A stretch of DNA of 64,000 nucleotides from a virus. The stretch lies in the IMG/VR virus record IMGVR_UViG_3300009838_000018, positions 5,177-69,176 of that record; one strand, 5' to 3'. Made by a program: the position numbers and the translations under genes. The notes beneath the pieces are model-generated. The model did not search any database. It was not told the DNA's origin and saw only the letters and a program-made list of their open reading frames with translations. This document shows positions 35,658 to 45,518 of this stretch, in pieces (position 1 is the first letter of the stretch; each line of letters begins with the position of its first letter).

Positions 35658-37905
35658 TGACCTCTACATTGGAGAGGAACTTGCGGGCAGCTTCATAGGT
35701 GGCCTTGGCGGTCTCGATCTCCGACCGGATGGCAAGGTTCTGGAGGTGGGAGTCCACCGAGTCCAAGAGGTCCTTGGGGCGGACCTGGAAGTAGGGGCGG
35801 AGCTTCTCATGGAGCTTGGCCCTCTTCTTCGCATCGAAGTCCTTGACCTGGAAACGTTGCCCGCCCTCGTTCAAGGTAGCCAGAACGCCCTCGGCCTCCT
35901 TCCGGTGGTTGGAGACGAACCAGGACATCTTCTCCCGCCAGAGCTGGTCTACGACCTTGCGGATGATGTCCCCAACGGCCCCGTCCAGCTTCGTGGCAGC
36001 CTCCTGCCAGGCTTCCTCAGCGAAGTCCGAGCACAGGGGCAGGTACCCGACGAACTGTTTCAAGAGGCGAACACGGTCCTCCTGAGTAAGTTCCCCGACG
36101 ATGACCACCTTCGAGAACCGACGGATGAGGGGCATCGGGATTCGGTCAGGGTTGTTCGTGGCACCCCACAGACAGAGGCTCGGGTAGCTCGTGATCCCGT
36201 CCATGAGGACCTGGAACTCGGTTGCCAGGTTGGTCCCTCCAAAGGCGAACTGGCCCCGGTCCCCGTTCAGGATCGTGTCGATTTCGTCGATGAGGAAGAA
36301 GACCTGCTTCTTCGACTCCCGCTGGATGCGAAGCCCCTCACTGAACAGACGTTTAGGGTTTTTCTCCGCCTCGCCCTTCCAGCAGGTGAGAAAGTCAGAA
36401 GCCTGGGCAAAGATGCCGACGCTCTTCCGGTCGCTGGCGACTGCCCGAAGAACCTCAGTCTTGCCGCACCCTTGGGGGCCGACCAAGAGGACGTTGCTCT
36501 TGTCGGCCTTGCGGCTCGGGCTGGTAGCGAGGAACAGATCGAACCACTTGGCCCCATCGAGGGTATGCTGGATGAAGTCTCGGACCTCCCCGAAGCCGGA
36601 GCCGATGACCTCAGAGAGGTCCACCATGGGCTTGATGCCGGGAACGACGGTGAGCTGGCCGGGGGCTTCTCCGGAGAAGGGGTTGCCAGCTCCGATCTTG
36701 CAGACGAAGAAGGAGTTCTCTTCGAGCTGGTAGGTCCGAAGCTCAGCTTTCCGGCTCAGGACGTACTGGATGATGTCCTGGGTGGTGATTCCCGAGGGGG
36801 CCACCAGCATCTTGGTGATCTCCCTCAGTGTGTCGTTCTTGAAGGTCAGGTCGTGACGTTCCTCGGCTGTCAGGAGCCCCGTCTTCTCCTTGTAGGTGAC
36901 GTTGCGAGGGTCGAGGTCGTCAATGAACGTCAGGGCTTCATCGAAGGCCCTGGCAGGCATCAGGTGGGGGTTCCGGTGTTGCCCGAGGTTGTGGCGGACC
37001 TTCTTGGCAAGGGGGGCAGCGATCTCCCTCAGTGACTCAGCAAGTTCCCAGAGGGTTTTCAGGTTGGTCTTGATGAACGAGATGAGCTTGCTCGGGTCCT
37101 TGAGGAACTGCCCAACGAGCCCAAGGCGGATCGAGTCAGCGATGACCATGGCCTTGCGGACGCTGTAGGCTGAGACCTCGTTGGGGTCCTTGCCGTCAGC
37201 AATCTCCCCGTGGGAGTCCACGTTCTCGAAGATGCTCATCGCCACATCGGTTGTGACCGGGTCGTGATGGACCTGGACTCCTTCAGTGGAGTGCCGACGG
37301 ATAAGGATCCCCTGGTAGTGCTCCAGCTTGTGAGTGATGAGCCTCCCGAGTTGGATGATCTCGTTGGAGGCAGTCTCGGCAGCCATCACCCCGTCCACGA
37401 AGGCAGATATGACCGACTGGTTCATCTGCATCTGGATGCTGAGGGTCTGAAGCTCCTCGAAGGAGTTCGGGGTGTCCCCGACCTTCTTCCCGATCATGAC
37501 CACCGAAGCCGGACGGACACCCTGGGCGATGTTCCGAACATGGTGGTACCCATGCTGGATGGCCTGGATGACCTCCAGGATGATCCGGAGGAAGTTGTTT
37601 CCATCTGCCGTGTGCCGAAGGTCCTTGAACAAGTCCTCGTACTCTTCGTCCGAAGTGATGTCGAAGGGGTTGGGTTTCCGGCGGGTCGTGTTCCGAACCT
37701 CGGAGAGAAGCGCATTGTTGGCTGAGGCGAGAGACCGGACCTCTTCGTCGATCTCAGCACAAGTCGTCTCCATGTTCGCCAGGAAGGAGTCAAGGGTCTT
37801 GATCGTTGACTCTTCCACGTTCTTTGCCAGGTCGGCTAGGGCGTAGAACTTCGTCGGATTGACCTCAATGGCTGACGGAACACGGACATTCATGTGGTTG
37901 TTCAT
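35650..37905 (-). CDS. classical-clade AAA+ ATPase with long helical N-terminal region
   Basis: Walker A GPQGCGKT, Walker B FFLIDEID, SRH GATNNPDRIPMPLIRRF; no protease domain. Confidence 0.9.
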   Translation of the reverse strand: MNNHMNVRVPSAIEVNPTKFYALADLAKNVEESTIKTLDSFLANMETTCAEIDEEVRSLASANNALLSEVRNTTRRKPNPFDITSDEEYEDLFKDLRHTADGNNFLRIILEVIQAIQHGYHHVRNIAQGVRPASVVMIGKKVGDTPNSFEELQTLSIQMQMNQSVISAFVDGVMAAETASNEIIQLGRLITHKLEHYQGILIRRHSTEGVQVHHDPVTTDVAMSIFENVDSHGEIADGKDPNEVSAYSVRKAMVIADSIRLGLVGQFLKDPSKLISFIKTNLKTLWELAESLREIAAPLAKKVRHNLGQHRNPHLMPARAFDEALTFIDDLDPRNVTYKEKTGLLTAEERHDLTFKNDTLREITKMLVAPSGITTQDIIQYVLSRKAELRTYQLEENSFFVCKIGAGNPFSGEAPGQLTVVPGIKPMVDLSEVIGSGFGEVRDFIQHTLDGAKWFDLFLATSPSRKADKSNVLLVGPQGCGKTEVLRAVASDRKSVGIFAQASDFLTCWKGEAEKNPKRLFSEGLRIQRESKKQVFFLIDEIDTILNGDRGQFAFGGTNLATEFQVLMDGITSYPSLCLWGATNNPDRIPMPLIRRFSKVVIVGELTQEDRVRLLKQFVGYLPLCSDFAEEAWQEAATKLDGAVGDIIRKVVDQLWREKMSWFVSNHRKEAEGVLATLNEGGQRFQVKDFDAKKRAKLHEKLRPYFQVRPKDLLDSVDSHLQNLAIRSEIETAKATYEAARKFLSNVEVNG

Positions 37906-37961
37906 CTGATTTCCTAAGCCACTATGGGCTGGCACCCTGGGTCGGATCTATTGAGGGGGCA

Positions 37962-39029
37962 CTACACCGACGGGTCTTCGTCCGGGTCTGGGTAGGCGCC
38001 TTCTTCCTCATCACAGGCATTGCAACGCCAGGTGATGTCTCTGCCATGAGGGCAGGTCTGGGACCCCAAGAGATCCTTCTGGAGCTTCTCTGTAAGGGGT
38101 GCCCCACTTACCAGAGCAGTGAGGGCCTCCTTCCGGACGATGACTTCCCGAAGGGCCTTGTAGAAGTCCTGAGGGTCCCCACCTTCAGGGATCCCAGCAG
38201 ATCCCCCGTCGTTCAGCTCGATGATGACCCACCCACCTTCTTCTCGCTCGGCCACGTCCACAGCATAGAAGGGGCTCTTCACCTTGGAGAGGATTGGCCG
38301 GATGAACTGAAGGCTGGGCACGTTCCCGCTGTAGTCACCCTCGAACCAGTAGGGGGCCTGGTAGAAGGGAACCCCGTCGAACACGAAGATCCGATGCTCA
38401 TTCACGAGGGGCAGCCGACTCCGGGAATGGACCCCGATTCTCTTGAGCTTGAGGAACTCCCGGAAGACAAGCCCACCTACAAGGGTATCTCCCTGACCAT
38501 CGACGAAGTTGCGGGTCACCCGCTTGACTTCGTTCTGATCCAGGGCACTACCAATGTAGCAAGCGTCATACCAGTCGTGTTTTCGGCTCTTGATGAAGTC
38601 CTTGATGATGACCCCATGGTGGCCGAAGGTCATAGACACTCGGAAGGCGATGTCATCGAGGTTCGAGAAGGTGGTGCCTCGGATGCAGAGAGACCGAGGG
38701 GTCACCTCTTTGCCTCCGATGGCCTCGTACCAGTTGGGCAGGTGGTAGCAGTGGAGGTAGGCTTCGAGGGAGGTCAGAAGGGAGCCTCCACGGGCAGCCA
38801 GGGCCTCCCCCATTCGCTGGTAGTCCTCGGGCTTGACGATCCAGCCACGGTAGAGGGTTGGGCCGCAATCCTCTGGGACAGCATGGAGCCTGACCTCATC
38901 TCCGAAGTAGGCTTCGAGCCCCACGTAACCAACCTCGAACCCAGCCTCCTTGGCGGCCTTCACCTCGGCCTCGAACCCAGGTTCAGGCTGCTTTGGTTCC
39001 ATCGGATGGCTGGGAAACAGGAGTCTCAT
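37962..39029 (-). CDS. ATP-grasp domain protein (DUF4343/R2K-like)
   Basis: LYRGW, IIKDFIKSRKH, GGLVFREF, EHRIFV, FYAVDVA..WVIIELNDG. Confidence 0.85.
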   Translation of the reverse strand: MRLLFPSHPMEPKQPEPGFEAEVKAAKEAGFEVGYVGLEAYFGDEVRLHAVPEDCGPTLYRGWIVKPEDYQRMGEALAARGGSLLTSLEAYLHCYHLPNWYEAIGGKEVTPRSLCIRGTTFSNLDDIAFRVSMTFGHHGVIIKDFIKSRKHDWYDACYIGSALDQNEVKRVTRNFVDGQGDTLVGGLVFREFLKLKRIGVHSRSRLPLVNEHRIFVFDGVPFYQAPYWFEGDYSGNVPSLQFIRPILSKVKSPFYAVDVAEREEGGWVIIELNDGGSAGIPEGGDPQDFYKALREVIVRKEALTALVSGAPLTEKLQKDLLGSQTCPHGRDITWRCNACDEEEGAYPDPDEDPSV

Positions 39030-39589
39030 GGTAGCCCTTCAAGGGTCTGTTGGGGGACAAACAAGTAGTTAGCTGGGGCTGGGTACTTGTTGAACTGATA
39101 GGTTCGATAGTTGGAGCAGTGGTGGTGGGTGGTTAGGATGGTCTTCGATGGGTTGGACACCAGGTACCCAGCCTTGGTAAACTCGAAGGCAATACGGTTA
39201 TCACACCAGGGGATCCCGATCTGGAAGTCAGCTTGGACTCCGCTTGGAATCCCCCTGAAGATCCAAGTGTCTTGCGACCTGTGGGGGGAGCTGTGTTTGA
39301 CCCCATCTACCCGAACTGGGGTCAGTGCATAGACTGAACCCGTAGGGATACTTCGAGCCAGCTCGATGGTGGCATCGAAGGTGATGTCTGCGTTCGCTAC
39401 TACGTTGACTACACCACTCCAGCAGTGGTCGAATAGGTCCTTGAAGGTTGGGCGCTCCTCACTGGATAGGCACTCCACTGAATCAAACAGAGAGGACTCC
39501 AGGTTCGACCTCATGCAGGTCTGAAGCTCGTCATCCCGTGGTGGGTGCTTCGACCGATGGGTGCTGAAGATCAGGCGCAAGTCGCTCAC
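39026..39589 (-). CDS. putative glycosyltransferase-like protein
   Basis: NVVANADITFD..SQDTWIF..CDNRIA..SNPSK..THHH. Confidence 0.55.
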   Translation of the reverse strand: MSDLRLIFSTHRSKHPPRDDELQTCMRSNLESSLFDSVECLSSEERPTFKDLFDHCWSGVVNVVANADITFDATIELARSIPTGSVYALTPVRVDGVKHSSPHRSQDTWIFRGIPSGVQADFQIGIPWCDNRIAFEFTKAGYLVSNPSKTILTTHHHCSNYRTYQFNKYPAPANYLFVPQQTLEGLP

Positions 39590-39828
39590 TCGATGACTAC
39601 CCAGACTTTCGTGTCGAAGACCTTGGCATCGTCGATGAGATACACCAGGAGTTGTGTCTCACCTTTGGGGACGAAGCACAGACGACTCACGGTCCCGATA
39701 GGGTCCCCGTTCTCCAGTTCGACCCCCTGGCCCCTGAGGTACTTCAGCACTTGAACCTCAAGGAAGTTCAAGGCACTTGCGGAACAGACAGGGGTTGGGT
39801 TGTCTTCGTCAAACGCTGTGAGCAGCAT
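39586..39828 (-). CDS. hypothetical protein
   Basis: 80 aa, coupled. Confidence 0.5.
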   Translation of the reverse strand: MLLTAFDEDNPTPVCSASALNFLEVQVLKYLRGQGVELENGDPIGTVSRLCFVPKGETQLLVYLIDDAKVFDTKVWVVIE

Positions 39829-39829
39829 G

Positions 39830-40144
39830 TCACCCTGAGTAGTTCATATTGAGAATGGAGTCAGGGTGAATCCTCCAGGTCCCGTGACGTGCCGGAATCC
39901 GATGGGCTCCTGGGTGGTCCCGATGGTAGCCAGCCATGCTCATCGTCCCATCAGCATGGTAGAGGCTATGGCTCCCAAACTGGCGGACAAGGATCACACT
40001 CTTGTCGTGGTACAGGACGGGAAACCTGCCAACCGACACCCAAGTGGAAAAGGTCTTCTTCGTCAGACGCTTCTCACCACCTTTGAGATAAGTCTTTGGC
40101 ATATAGGCAGAAACCTGGATCGTGACGTGTAGTTTCCTGGTCAT
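39830..40144 (-). CDS. hypothetical protein
   Basis: ATG 40144 lies 10 nt from GGTGTA. Confidence 0.6.
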   Translation of the reverse strand: MTRKLHVTIQVSAYMPKTYLKGGEKRLTKKTFSTWVSVGRFPVLYHDKSVILVRQFGSHSLYHADGTMSMAGYHRDHPGAHRIPARHGTWRIHPDSILNMNYSG

Positions 40145-40303
40145 GCAGCCCATCTACACCGATTGTCGGTTTGTGCCACACTCCCAAGTTCACTGCATCA
40201 GCTTGGAGGGGATGAGGGATACTTCAGTGACACTTCACTTGAGGGAGATACTCTGGCGGGACCAAGCCCATGATCGTCCTAGGTCGAGGGGTTACCTCGT
40301 TGA

Positions 40304-40852
40304 ATGAAGACATGCCTGACCCCTGTCGGTGGAGGTGGTACACGGAACTTCTTGTACCGTTTCCAAGGGTTAGAGGCCAAAAGAATGAGTCATTCAGTAC
40401 CCGCCAAGAGAGTTCCAAATGGCGATGATAACGGATCTTCCATCAAAGATGAGGAGGAGACCTCTGGGAAACTTAGGGTACTCCGACAACGCCTCTCCGT
40501 AGGACCCTTGGACCCAAAAGAGGTTCACGAGGGGTTCATCGTGCTTAGTGAAGTTGGGGAGACTGCGTTAGAGCAAGCCATCCGCAACGGAACGAAGCTG
40601 GATTCCATTCACGAGCATGAGCATGAGGGGAAGGCAGTTCTCGACCTGGTTCGAGACCAGGTCTCGGTCATAGCCTCTAAGGTAGAGATCACCACCCGGT
40701 TCATGGACAAGATGGACAGCGACATGTGTGAGGGTTTCCGGTTGTTCAAGACGGAAATCAAAGAGCTTCGACATGAGGTCATCGAGTTGAAGACTCTGGT
40801 AGTCTCATTGACCAAGCACTTCGGTATCGGGTCCGAAACAACCAAAGTGTGA
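40304..40852 (+). CDS. hypothetical coiled-coil protein
   Basis: Heptad-like C-terminus; start uncertain. Confidence 0.55.
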   Translation: MKTCLTPVGGGGTRNFLYRFQGLEAKRMSHSVPAKRVPNGDDNGSSIKDEEETSGKLRVLRQRLSVGPLDPKEVHEGFIVLSEVGETALEQAIRNGTKLDSIHEHEHEGKAVLDLVRDQVSVIASKVEITTRFMDKMDSDMCEGFRLFKTEIKELRHEVIELKTLVVSLTKHFGIGSETTKV

Positions 40853-41398
40853 CTACTTCTCTGCTCCCTTGGCCTTTGCTTGGAGCTTCCGCACTGCTTG
40901 GAGCACGAGTACCGGCAGTGGACCAAAGGTGGCGGTAGCCTCTCCCTGAAGCTCCAAGAAGGTATCCCGCACCAAGTCCTGTGGGACATCAAGCTCTTCG
41001 ACCTGTGCCTCCACGTAGAGACTGGCACAGTCAGCCGGGGGCGAGGTCACCAGCTTCGCCCTACAGGGTAGCGGCCTGTAAGCGTAGTACCAGCACTTTC
41101 CAGTGAGAAGCAACGGACACGGCACTTGGGCCATCCAGAACGCCCTCTGGTCCCCGTTGACCTCCTTGGCCTTTTCAGCAGCCGCTTCCAACCGCTGAAG
41201 GATCGGTGGCGGGAACCCTTCGTCCTTGATGGCCTCGGCCAGGATGGCTGCCTCCACATCCGAGATTATGTTGAGCCTGTAACAGCAGTAGTTGCACCCA
41301 GCGTCACACGAGATTTCCGTTGGGTGCCCCTGGATGAGGGATCTGAGCTTGGAATCGAAAGCTCTGAAGATCGGGAGAGATTTGTCTTGAAGGCTCAT
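40853..41398 (-). CDS. YkgJ-family (CxxxCxxCC) Zn/Fe-chelating protein
   Basis: SCDAGCNYCC, CPLL..KCWYYAYRPLPCR. Confidence 0.85.
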   Translation of the reverse strand: MSLQDKSLPIFRAFDSKLRSLIQGHPTEISCDAGCNYCCYRLNIISDVEAAILAEAIKDEGFPPPILQRLEAAAEKAKEVNGDQRAFWMAQVPCPLLLTGKCWYYAYRPLPCRAKLVTSPPADCASLYVEAQVEELDVPQDLVRDTFLELQGEATATFGPLPVLVLQAVRKLQAKAKGAEK

Positions 41399-41430
41399 TC
41401 TCGTTCGGTCTTTCGGTGTAGATCCAGGTG

Positions 41431-41952
41431 ATGCCCTACGGTAGCCTGTCGGTTCAGCAGCAAGAAGCTCTTCGGAGGATCGTATCCGGTCGGGCAGTCT
41501 TCGATCTGGGGGCCGGGGATCTTCACTACGCCAAGGAGCTTCTTTCGTTCGGAGCAGCTTCGGTCACGGCCATCGACAAGGAATACCCCAGTCGGGTGCC
41601 GGAGGGGGTGAAGTTCTGGAGGGGCTACTTCAAGGACGTGTGCGAGGAGAGTTTCGACCTGGTGTTCGTGAGCTGGCCTCCGAACTGGGAGACCAACCTC
41701 GTCCCCCTTCTGAAGAGGGCCACCGGAGTGGTGTATCTCGGAAAGAACACGGATGGGAACTCTTGCGGAACCCCGAGTCTTTTCGAGTACCTACTTACCC
41801 GTGAGGTCCGAAGCTACCTCCCCCATCGAACGAACACTCTCATCGAGTACGGCCCCCCTGTGATCCGTCCCCGCTTGCCCAAGGGGGAAGAAGCAGCCGC
41901 CCTGGATAGTTGGGTCGGTGACTGGTGGCCCTACTCGAAAGCAGAAGGCTGA
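41431..41952 (+). CDS. class I SAM-dependent methyltransferase-like protein
   Basis: VFDLGAGD, VTAIDK, FDLVFVSWP. Confidence 0.7.
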   Translation: MPYGSLSVQQQEALRRIVSGRAVFDLGAGDLHYAKELLSFGAASVTAIDKEYPSRVPEGVKFWRGYFKDVCEESFDLVFVSWPPNWETNLVPLLKRATGVVYLGKNTDGNSCGTPSLFEYLLTREVRSYLPHRTNTLIEYGPPVIRPRLPKGEEAAALDSWVGDWWPYSKAEG

Positions 41953-41954
41953 CC

Positions 41955-42464
41955 ATGGCGAACTACGGGTACCTGTACCTGAGGCGGAAGATCACCCCCG
42001 AGGTCTTGGAAGCCAAGCTCAGGGTGGCCGTCCAGGGGTGGTTCGGGGACCGGATGAAGGTCGAGCGAACCCCGTGGGACGATGACGGCCCGGTCTGGTG
42101 GGTCTTCATCCCGAACTCGGCCCCGCCCGAGGATGAGGCCCTGAAGTTCAACAAGGCCCCCGAGGACTTTGGATTTCCAGTGGCACTTCAGAGTGGCGGG
42201 AGAACGATTGCCTTCCGTCATGCACGTAATGCCTTCGATCATTGGTGCCAGGGCTGTATAGAAGAGCAGTTGTCAGATGCTTTTGGCGTGGGTATCTTCT
42301 TCGACGCCACGGATCGGACCTACAAACCTGGGGTCAGGCGCTACCGGTGTAGAAGAAGGTTCGGGCTGTACGTTGCACGGAACCTGAAGAAGCCGCTCTC
42401 GAAAGAGGACCAGGAGTTCATCGAGCGATACTTCAAGTTCCAGACCCCAGAAGGCTGGTGGTGA
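41955..42464 (+). CDS. hypothetical protein
   Basis: 169-aa ORF. Confidence 0.7.
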   Translation: MANYGYLYLRRKITPEVLEAKLRVAVQGWFGDRMKVERTPWDDDGPVWWVFIPNSAPPEDEALKFNKAPEDFGFPVALQSGGRTIAFRHARNAFDHWCQGCIEEQLSDAFGVGIFFDATDRTYKPGVRRYRCRRRFGLYVARNLKKPLSKEDQEFIERYFKFQTPEGWW

Positions 42465-42536
42465 CTGGGTGACTGACAGCGGGAAGGCTAGGGCAACCTA
42501 GCCCAGGGGTACAAACGTCGGGACCGAGGGCAAGTC

Positions 42537-42899
42537 ATGGACCCGTCTACGCTGCGTCCTATTCACACCTCCATTCGGGTGTTTGAGGCGGAGTTGAAGG
42601 TAGTAAACCGCCGACTACCATCAACATTCAGAGTCATCCTGGACCGCCCAGATGTGCCACAGAGTGGGGTGGGTCAGGTGCTCACCTTTCTCTATACCAC
42701 GATTCGAGCCCAGATGCTCAAGGCGTACTGGGTGCCGGACCCGAAGGTAGCCGAGGCCGTTGTTGCCAAGTTGCCGCACCCAGAGTCCATCTTCACCAAG
42801 GAGGGGGATCAGGTCTGCAAGGCCATGGTGATGCCGGAGAAGGACTGGTCTACCTACAAGGAGGAGTGGATCTCGATGCACGAGGGCAATTCTGGTTGA
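42537..42899 (+). CDS. hypothetical protein
   Basis: 120 aa; GCAA-tetraloop hairpin upstream. Confidence 0.6.
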   Translation: MDPSTLRPIHTSIRVFEAELKVVNRRLPSTFRVILDRPDVPQSGVGQVLTFLYTTIRAQMLKAYWVPDPKVAEAVVAKLPHPESIFTKEGDQVCKAMVMPEKDWSTYKEEWISMHEGNSG

Positions 42900-42941
42900 A
42901 GAAAACCTCGCCCATTCGTTGTAGGATCAAAGGAGCCGATC

Positions 42942-43217
42942 ATGCTGGACTTCAACTACTGCGAATGTGGGTGCAAGGGCTACGAGGCTTCGGCTGGGCA
43001 TCTCCACTTCTGGATCTACTGGGACCTAGCTGAGAGCTACCACCTACATCGGGGCCATGGATGGGCGAGCCCCAAGATCAAGACCTGTTCGAGCATGGAA
43101 GAGGCAGTGGCCCTTGCCACTGAGGAAGCCAAGGCAGAGCTGGTGAAGATGCAGGCGGCCCTCGATGCTGCCCCGGTCAAGAAGCCTTCGATCAAGACTC
43201 GGCTCGAACGGGTCTAG
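42942..43217 (+). CDS. hypothetical protein with C-terminal TRLER tag
   Basis: AAGGAG RBS; ends KPSIKTRLERV. Confidence 0.7.
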   Translation: MLDFNYCECGCKGYEASAGHLHFWIYWDLAESYHLHRGHGWASPKIKTCSSMEEAVALATEEAKAELVKMQAALDAAPVKKPSIKTRLERV

Positions 43218-43645
43218 CCTTCGCTCAGAACCCGCTCCAGACGCCCTGGGGGACTCTTGTTGGGGTCCACTGGGGCTTCTTGGTAGATGTACGACCGGGA
43301 GTAGTGCTCGATGTCCACCTCCCAGTCCGCCAGGATCGCCACCTCGGCCCCCTCGACAACCATGAAGAACAGCCGCTCGTTCAGAGCTGAGATCCGGACC
43401 TCTCCCGTCTGATGACCCTCAACCTCTCCGAGAGGTAACCGAAACCATAGGTACCGACACTTCTCCGGGAAGCTGGAGTAGAACCACTCTGATGCCGGTG
43501 GTTCTGGGGTCCGCCAGACATGAGTGGCAAGGGTTGACTCAGGGGGATCAACGTTCACGGACACGATTTTCATGAGCCCAAGGGGGCTGAGAAGAGCCCA
43601 CCACTGACCAGGCATGAAGGCCCGAATGACCTCCTCATCCTTCAT
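43214..43645 (-). CDS. hypothetical protein with C-terminal RLER tag
   Basis: Ends SPPGRLERVLSEG. Confidence 0.7.
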   Translation of the reverse strand: MKDEEVIRAFMPGQWWALLSPLGLMKIVSVNVDPPESTLATHVWRTPEPPASEWFYSSFPEKCRYLWFRLPLGEVEGHQTGEVRISALNERLFFMVVEGAEVAILADWEVDIEHYSRSYIYQEAPVDPNKSPPGRLERVLSEG

Positions 43646-44031
43646 GACAGCTTCAGTATCCGTTCCTCGGTCTGCTTGAGAAGCCGGTTGAAGTTGGCGG
43701 ACAACTCATCCTCGCTGGTGTTTCGGAGCTTCTTCCAGAGGGTCCACATGGCTTCCCCGATGTGGGGCACCTTGTCCTCCTCCAGGTCCAGCGAGCTGAC
43801 CCCATTGACCAAGGCCCCCTCAGCGTTGTGTCCGTAAACCCCGACGCTGATGCCCTCCACTGTGAAGATGATGTAGACCCCCAAGGGCCAGGCTGGCCTC
43901 ACTATCCCTGAGTTCTTCTTGATCCCTTCCACCACAATGACCGGAAGTAGGGCTGGAGTGCTCAGGTCGTTGAGGACCAAGCATACGATGCTCTTGACCA
44001 TCCCAACGTCTACGGTGTCACCTGGGTTCAT
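43642..44031 (-). CDS. hypothetical protein
   Basis: GGTGTC variant 10 nt upstream. Confidence 0.65.
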   Translation of the reverse strand: MNPGDTVDVGMVKSIVCLVLNDLSTPALLPVIVVEGIKKNSGIVRPAWPLGVYIIFTVEGISVGVYGHNAEGALVNGVSSLDLEEDKVPHIGEAMWTLWKKLRNTSEDELSANFNRLLKQTEERILKLS

Positions 44032-44061
44032 ACCCCCTCAGGACACCATTGGGACTCAACC

Positions 44062-44805
44062 ATGAGCACTATTGACCTTGCCTTCGTTCAGGTGGACTTC
44101 AACACCAAGCTGCCGATCAACGAAACGGCGTACAGTCTGTGGTCGGGGTGTCACTATCTCGGGATTGAGACCAAGTTCTACTCCTTCTTGGCAGACATTC
44201 GCCCTGAGTTGACAAAGGAAACCCTCGTTCACGGATGGGTATCCAATGTGAAGGGTGCCCTACGCCTCCTCCAAGTTCCGGTACCTGAGGTTCCCGATGC
44301 CCCTGAGGTGCTCTTGCCCTTCTTCGGGCGACGCATCTGGACTACGACCATGGGGGAGTTCCGGGCCAGAAGGACTTCGGAGCCAGTGTTCATCAAACCC
44401 CTGAAAGCTCAGAAGGCATTCACGGGCCATGTGTCGAGCGGAGAGATTCGGGACCTCATCCAGACCGCTGGGATGCCAGACGAGATGGAGCTTCTGGCCT
44501 CGGAGCCGGTGGACTTCGTCTCTGAGTACCGGATTCTGGTCCACCTGGGGATGATGATCGCCTGTCGGCACTACAACGGGGACTTCGAGGTGTTCCCTGA
44601 CATGAAGGTGGCTCGGGAGGTCATCCGGACGTTCGAGGGTGCCCCGTGTGGGTACTCCCTCGACCTCGGGGTGACTGATGATGGGAGGACCCTCATCGTG
44701 GAGATCAATGACGCCTTTTCCCTTGGGTCGTATGGGGCTCCAAGCATCCCCTACACTCAGATGGTCATCGACCGTTGGGTGGAGATGGTCAATACACCCA
44801 CCTAA
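44062..44805 (+). CDS. ATP-grasp domain protein (DUF4343/R2K-like)
   Basis: PVFIKPL..KAFTG, SEYRILV, YSLDLGV..TLIVEINDAFSLGSYG. Confidence 0.88.
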   Translation: MSTIDLAFVQVDFNTKLPINETAYSLWSGCHYLGIETKFYSFLADIRPELTKETLVHGWVSNVKGALRLLQVPVPEVPDAPEVLLPFFGRRIWTTTMGEFRARRTSEPVFIKPLKAQKAFTGHVSSGEIRDLIQTAGMPDEMELLASEPVDFVSEYRILVHLGMMIACRHYNGDFEVFPDMKVAREVIRTFEGAPCGYSLDLGVTDDGRTLIVEINDAFSLGSYGAPSIPYTQMVIDRWVEMVNTPT

Positions 44806-44828
44806 ACCACTTATTGCTCGAAGAGGAC

Positions 44829-45188
44829 ATGAACCCGAGTGACCCCCGCTGGAAGGCTGCTGCTGATCCTGGCCCAGACCCTCTCACCTACAAGGCGTTG
44901 CTGGGTGAGTTCAAGCTGGGCTACAAGTCCGGTGAGAACGAAGTCGAAAACACAGACGTGGCCCCAGAGTCAGCCGCTATGAATCTCGAAGCGGGTGACG
45001 TGATTGCGGGGGCTGAAGAGGTTATCGACCTCATGAAGCGGGTAGTCACAACTGCCAAGAGCGGAGCGGTTGGAGTTCAAGCAGAACGGTTCGTAGCCAA
45101 GCTCAGCTCGGGACTCTCCAAGGTCGTCTACAACCTTGGGAAGGTCCACGGATATCGGGACGCTGGTCGTCTCCGCTACTGGAACTGA
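44829..45188 (+). CDS. hypothetical protein
   Basis: AGAGGA RBS before ATG 44829. Confidence 0.65.
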   Translation: MNPSDPRWKAAADPGPDPLTYKALLGEFKLGYKSGENEVENTDVAPESAAMNLEAGDVIAGAEEVIDLMKRVVTTAKSGAVGVQAERFVAKLSSGLSKVVYNLGKVHGYRDAGRLRYWN

Positions 45189-45204
45189 AAGAAGGTCCCT
45201 GATC

Positions 45205-45516
45205 ATGCGCAAGCTCTTTGCAGCTCTCGTAGTTCTATGCGTGTCTTGCACGCCTAGCCCCTCGGCCAACACCCCTGCCAGTTCGGCTCCGAGTGCTTCG
45301 GCAGCTCCCTCGGCCTCGGCCAGTGCCCCTGTGGCAGCCCCGAGTGCTTCGGCCCCTGTGGCGGCCTCTGCTGCCCCTGTAGCAGCCCCGAGTGCTTCGG
45401 CTGCTCCGGTGGCTTCGGTGGCCCCATCGGCCTCCTCAGCGGCTCCTGTGGCCTCTGTTGCCCCAAAGGCTTCGGCCTCGGCAGCTCCCGCCAAGAAGGC
45501 CCCTGCCAAGAAGTAA
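45205..45516 (+). CDS. Ala/Pro/Ser-rich low-complexity lipoprotein
   Basis: MRKLFAALVVLCVS-C signal/lipobox; tandem SAAPVA/APSASA repeats. Confidence 0.75.
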   Translation: MRKLFAALVVLCVSCTPSPSANTPASSAPSASAAPSASASAPVAAPSASAPVAASAAPVAAPSASAAPVASVAPSASSAAPVASVAPKASASAAPAKKAPAKK

Positions 45517-45518
45517 CC

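Noticed and set aside
35647-37035. 462-aa plus-strand ORF
   Set aside because: Antisense shadow of the AAA ATPase; long shadows are expected in GC-rich DNA
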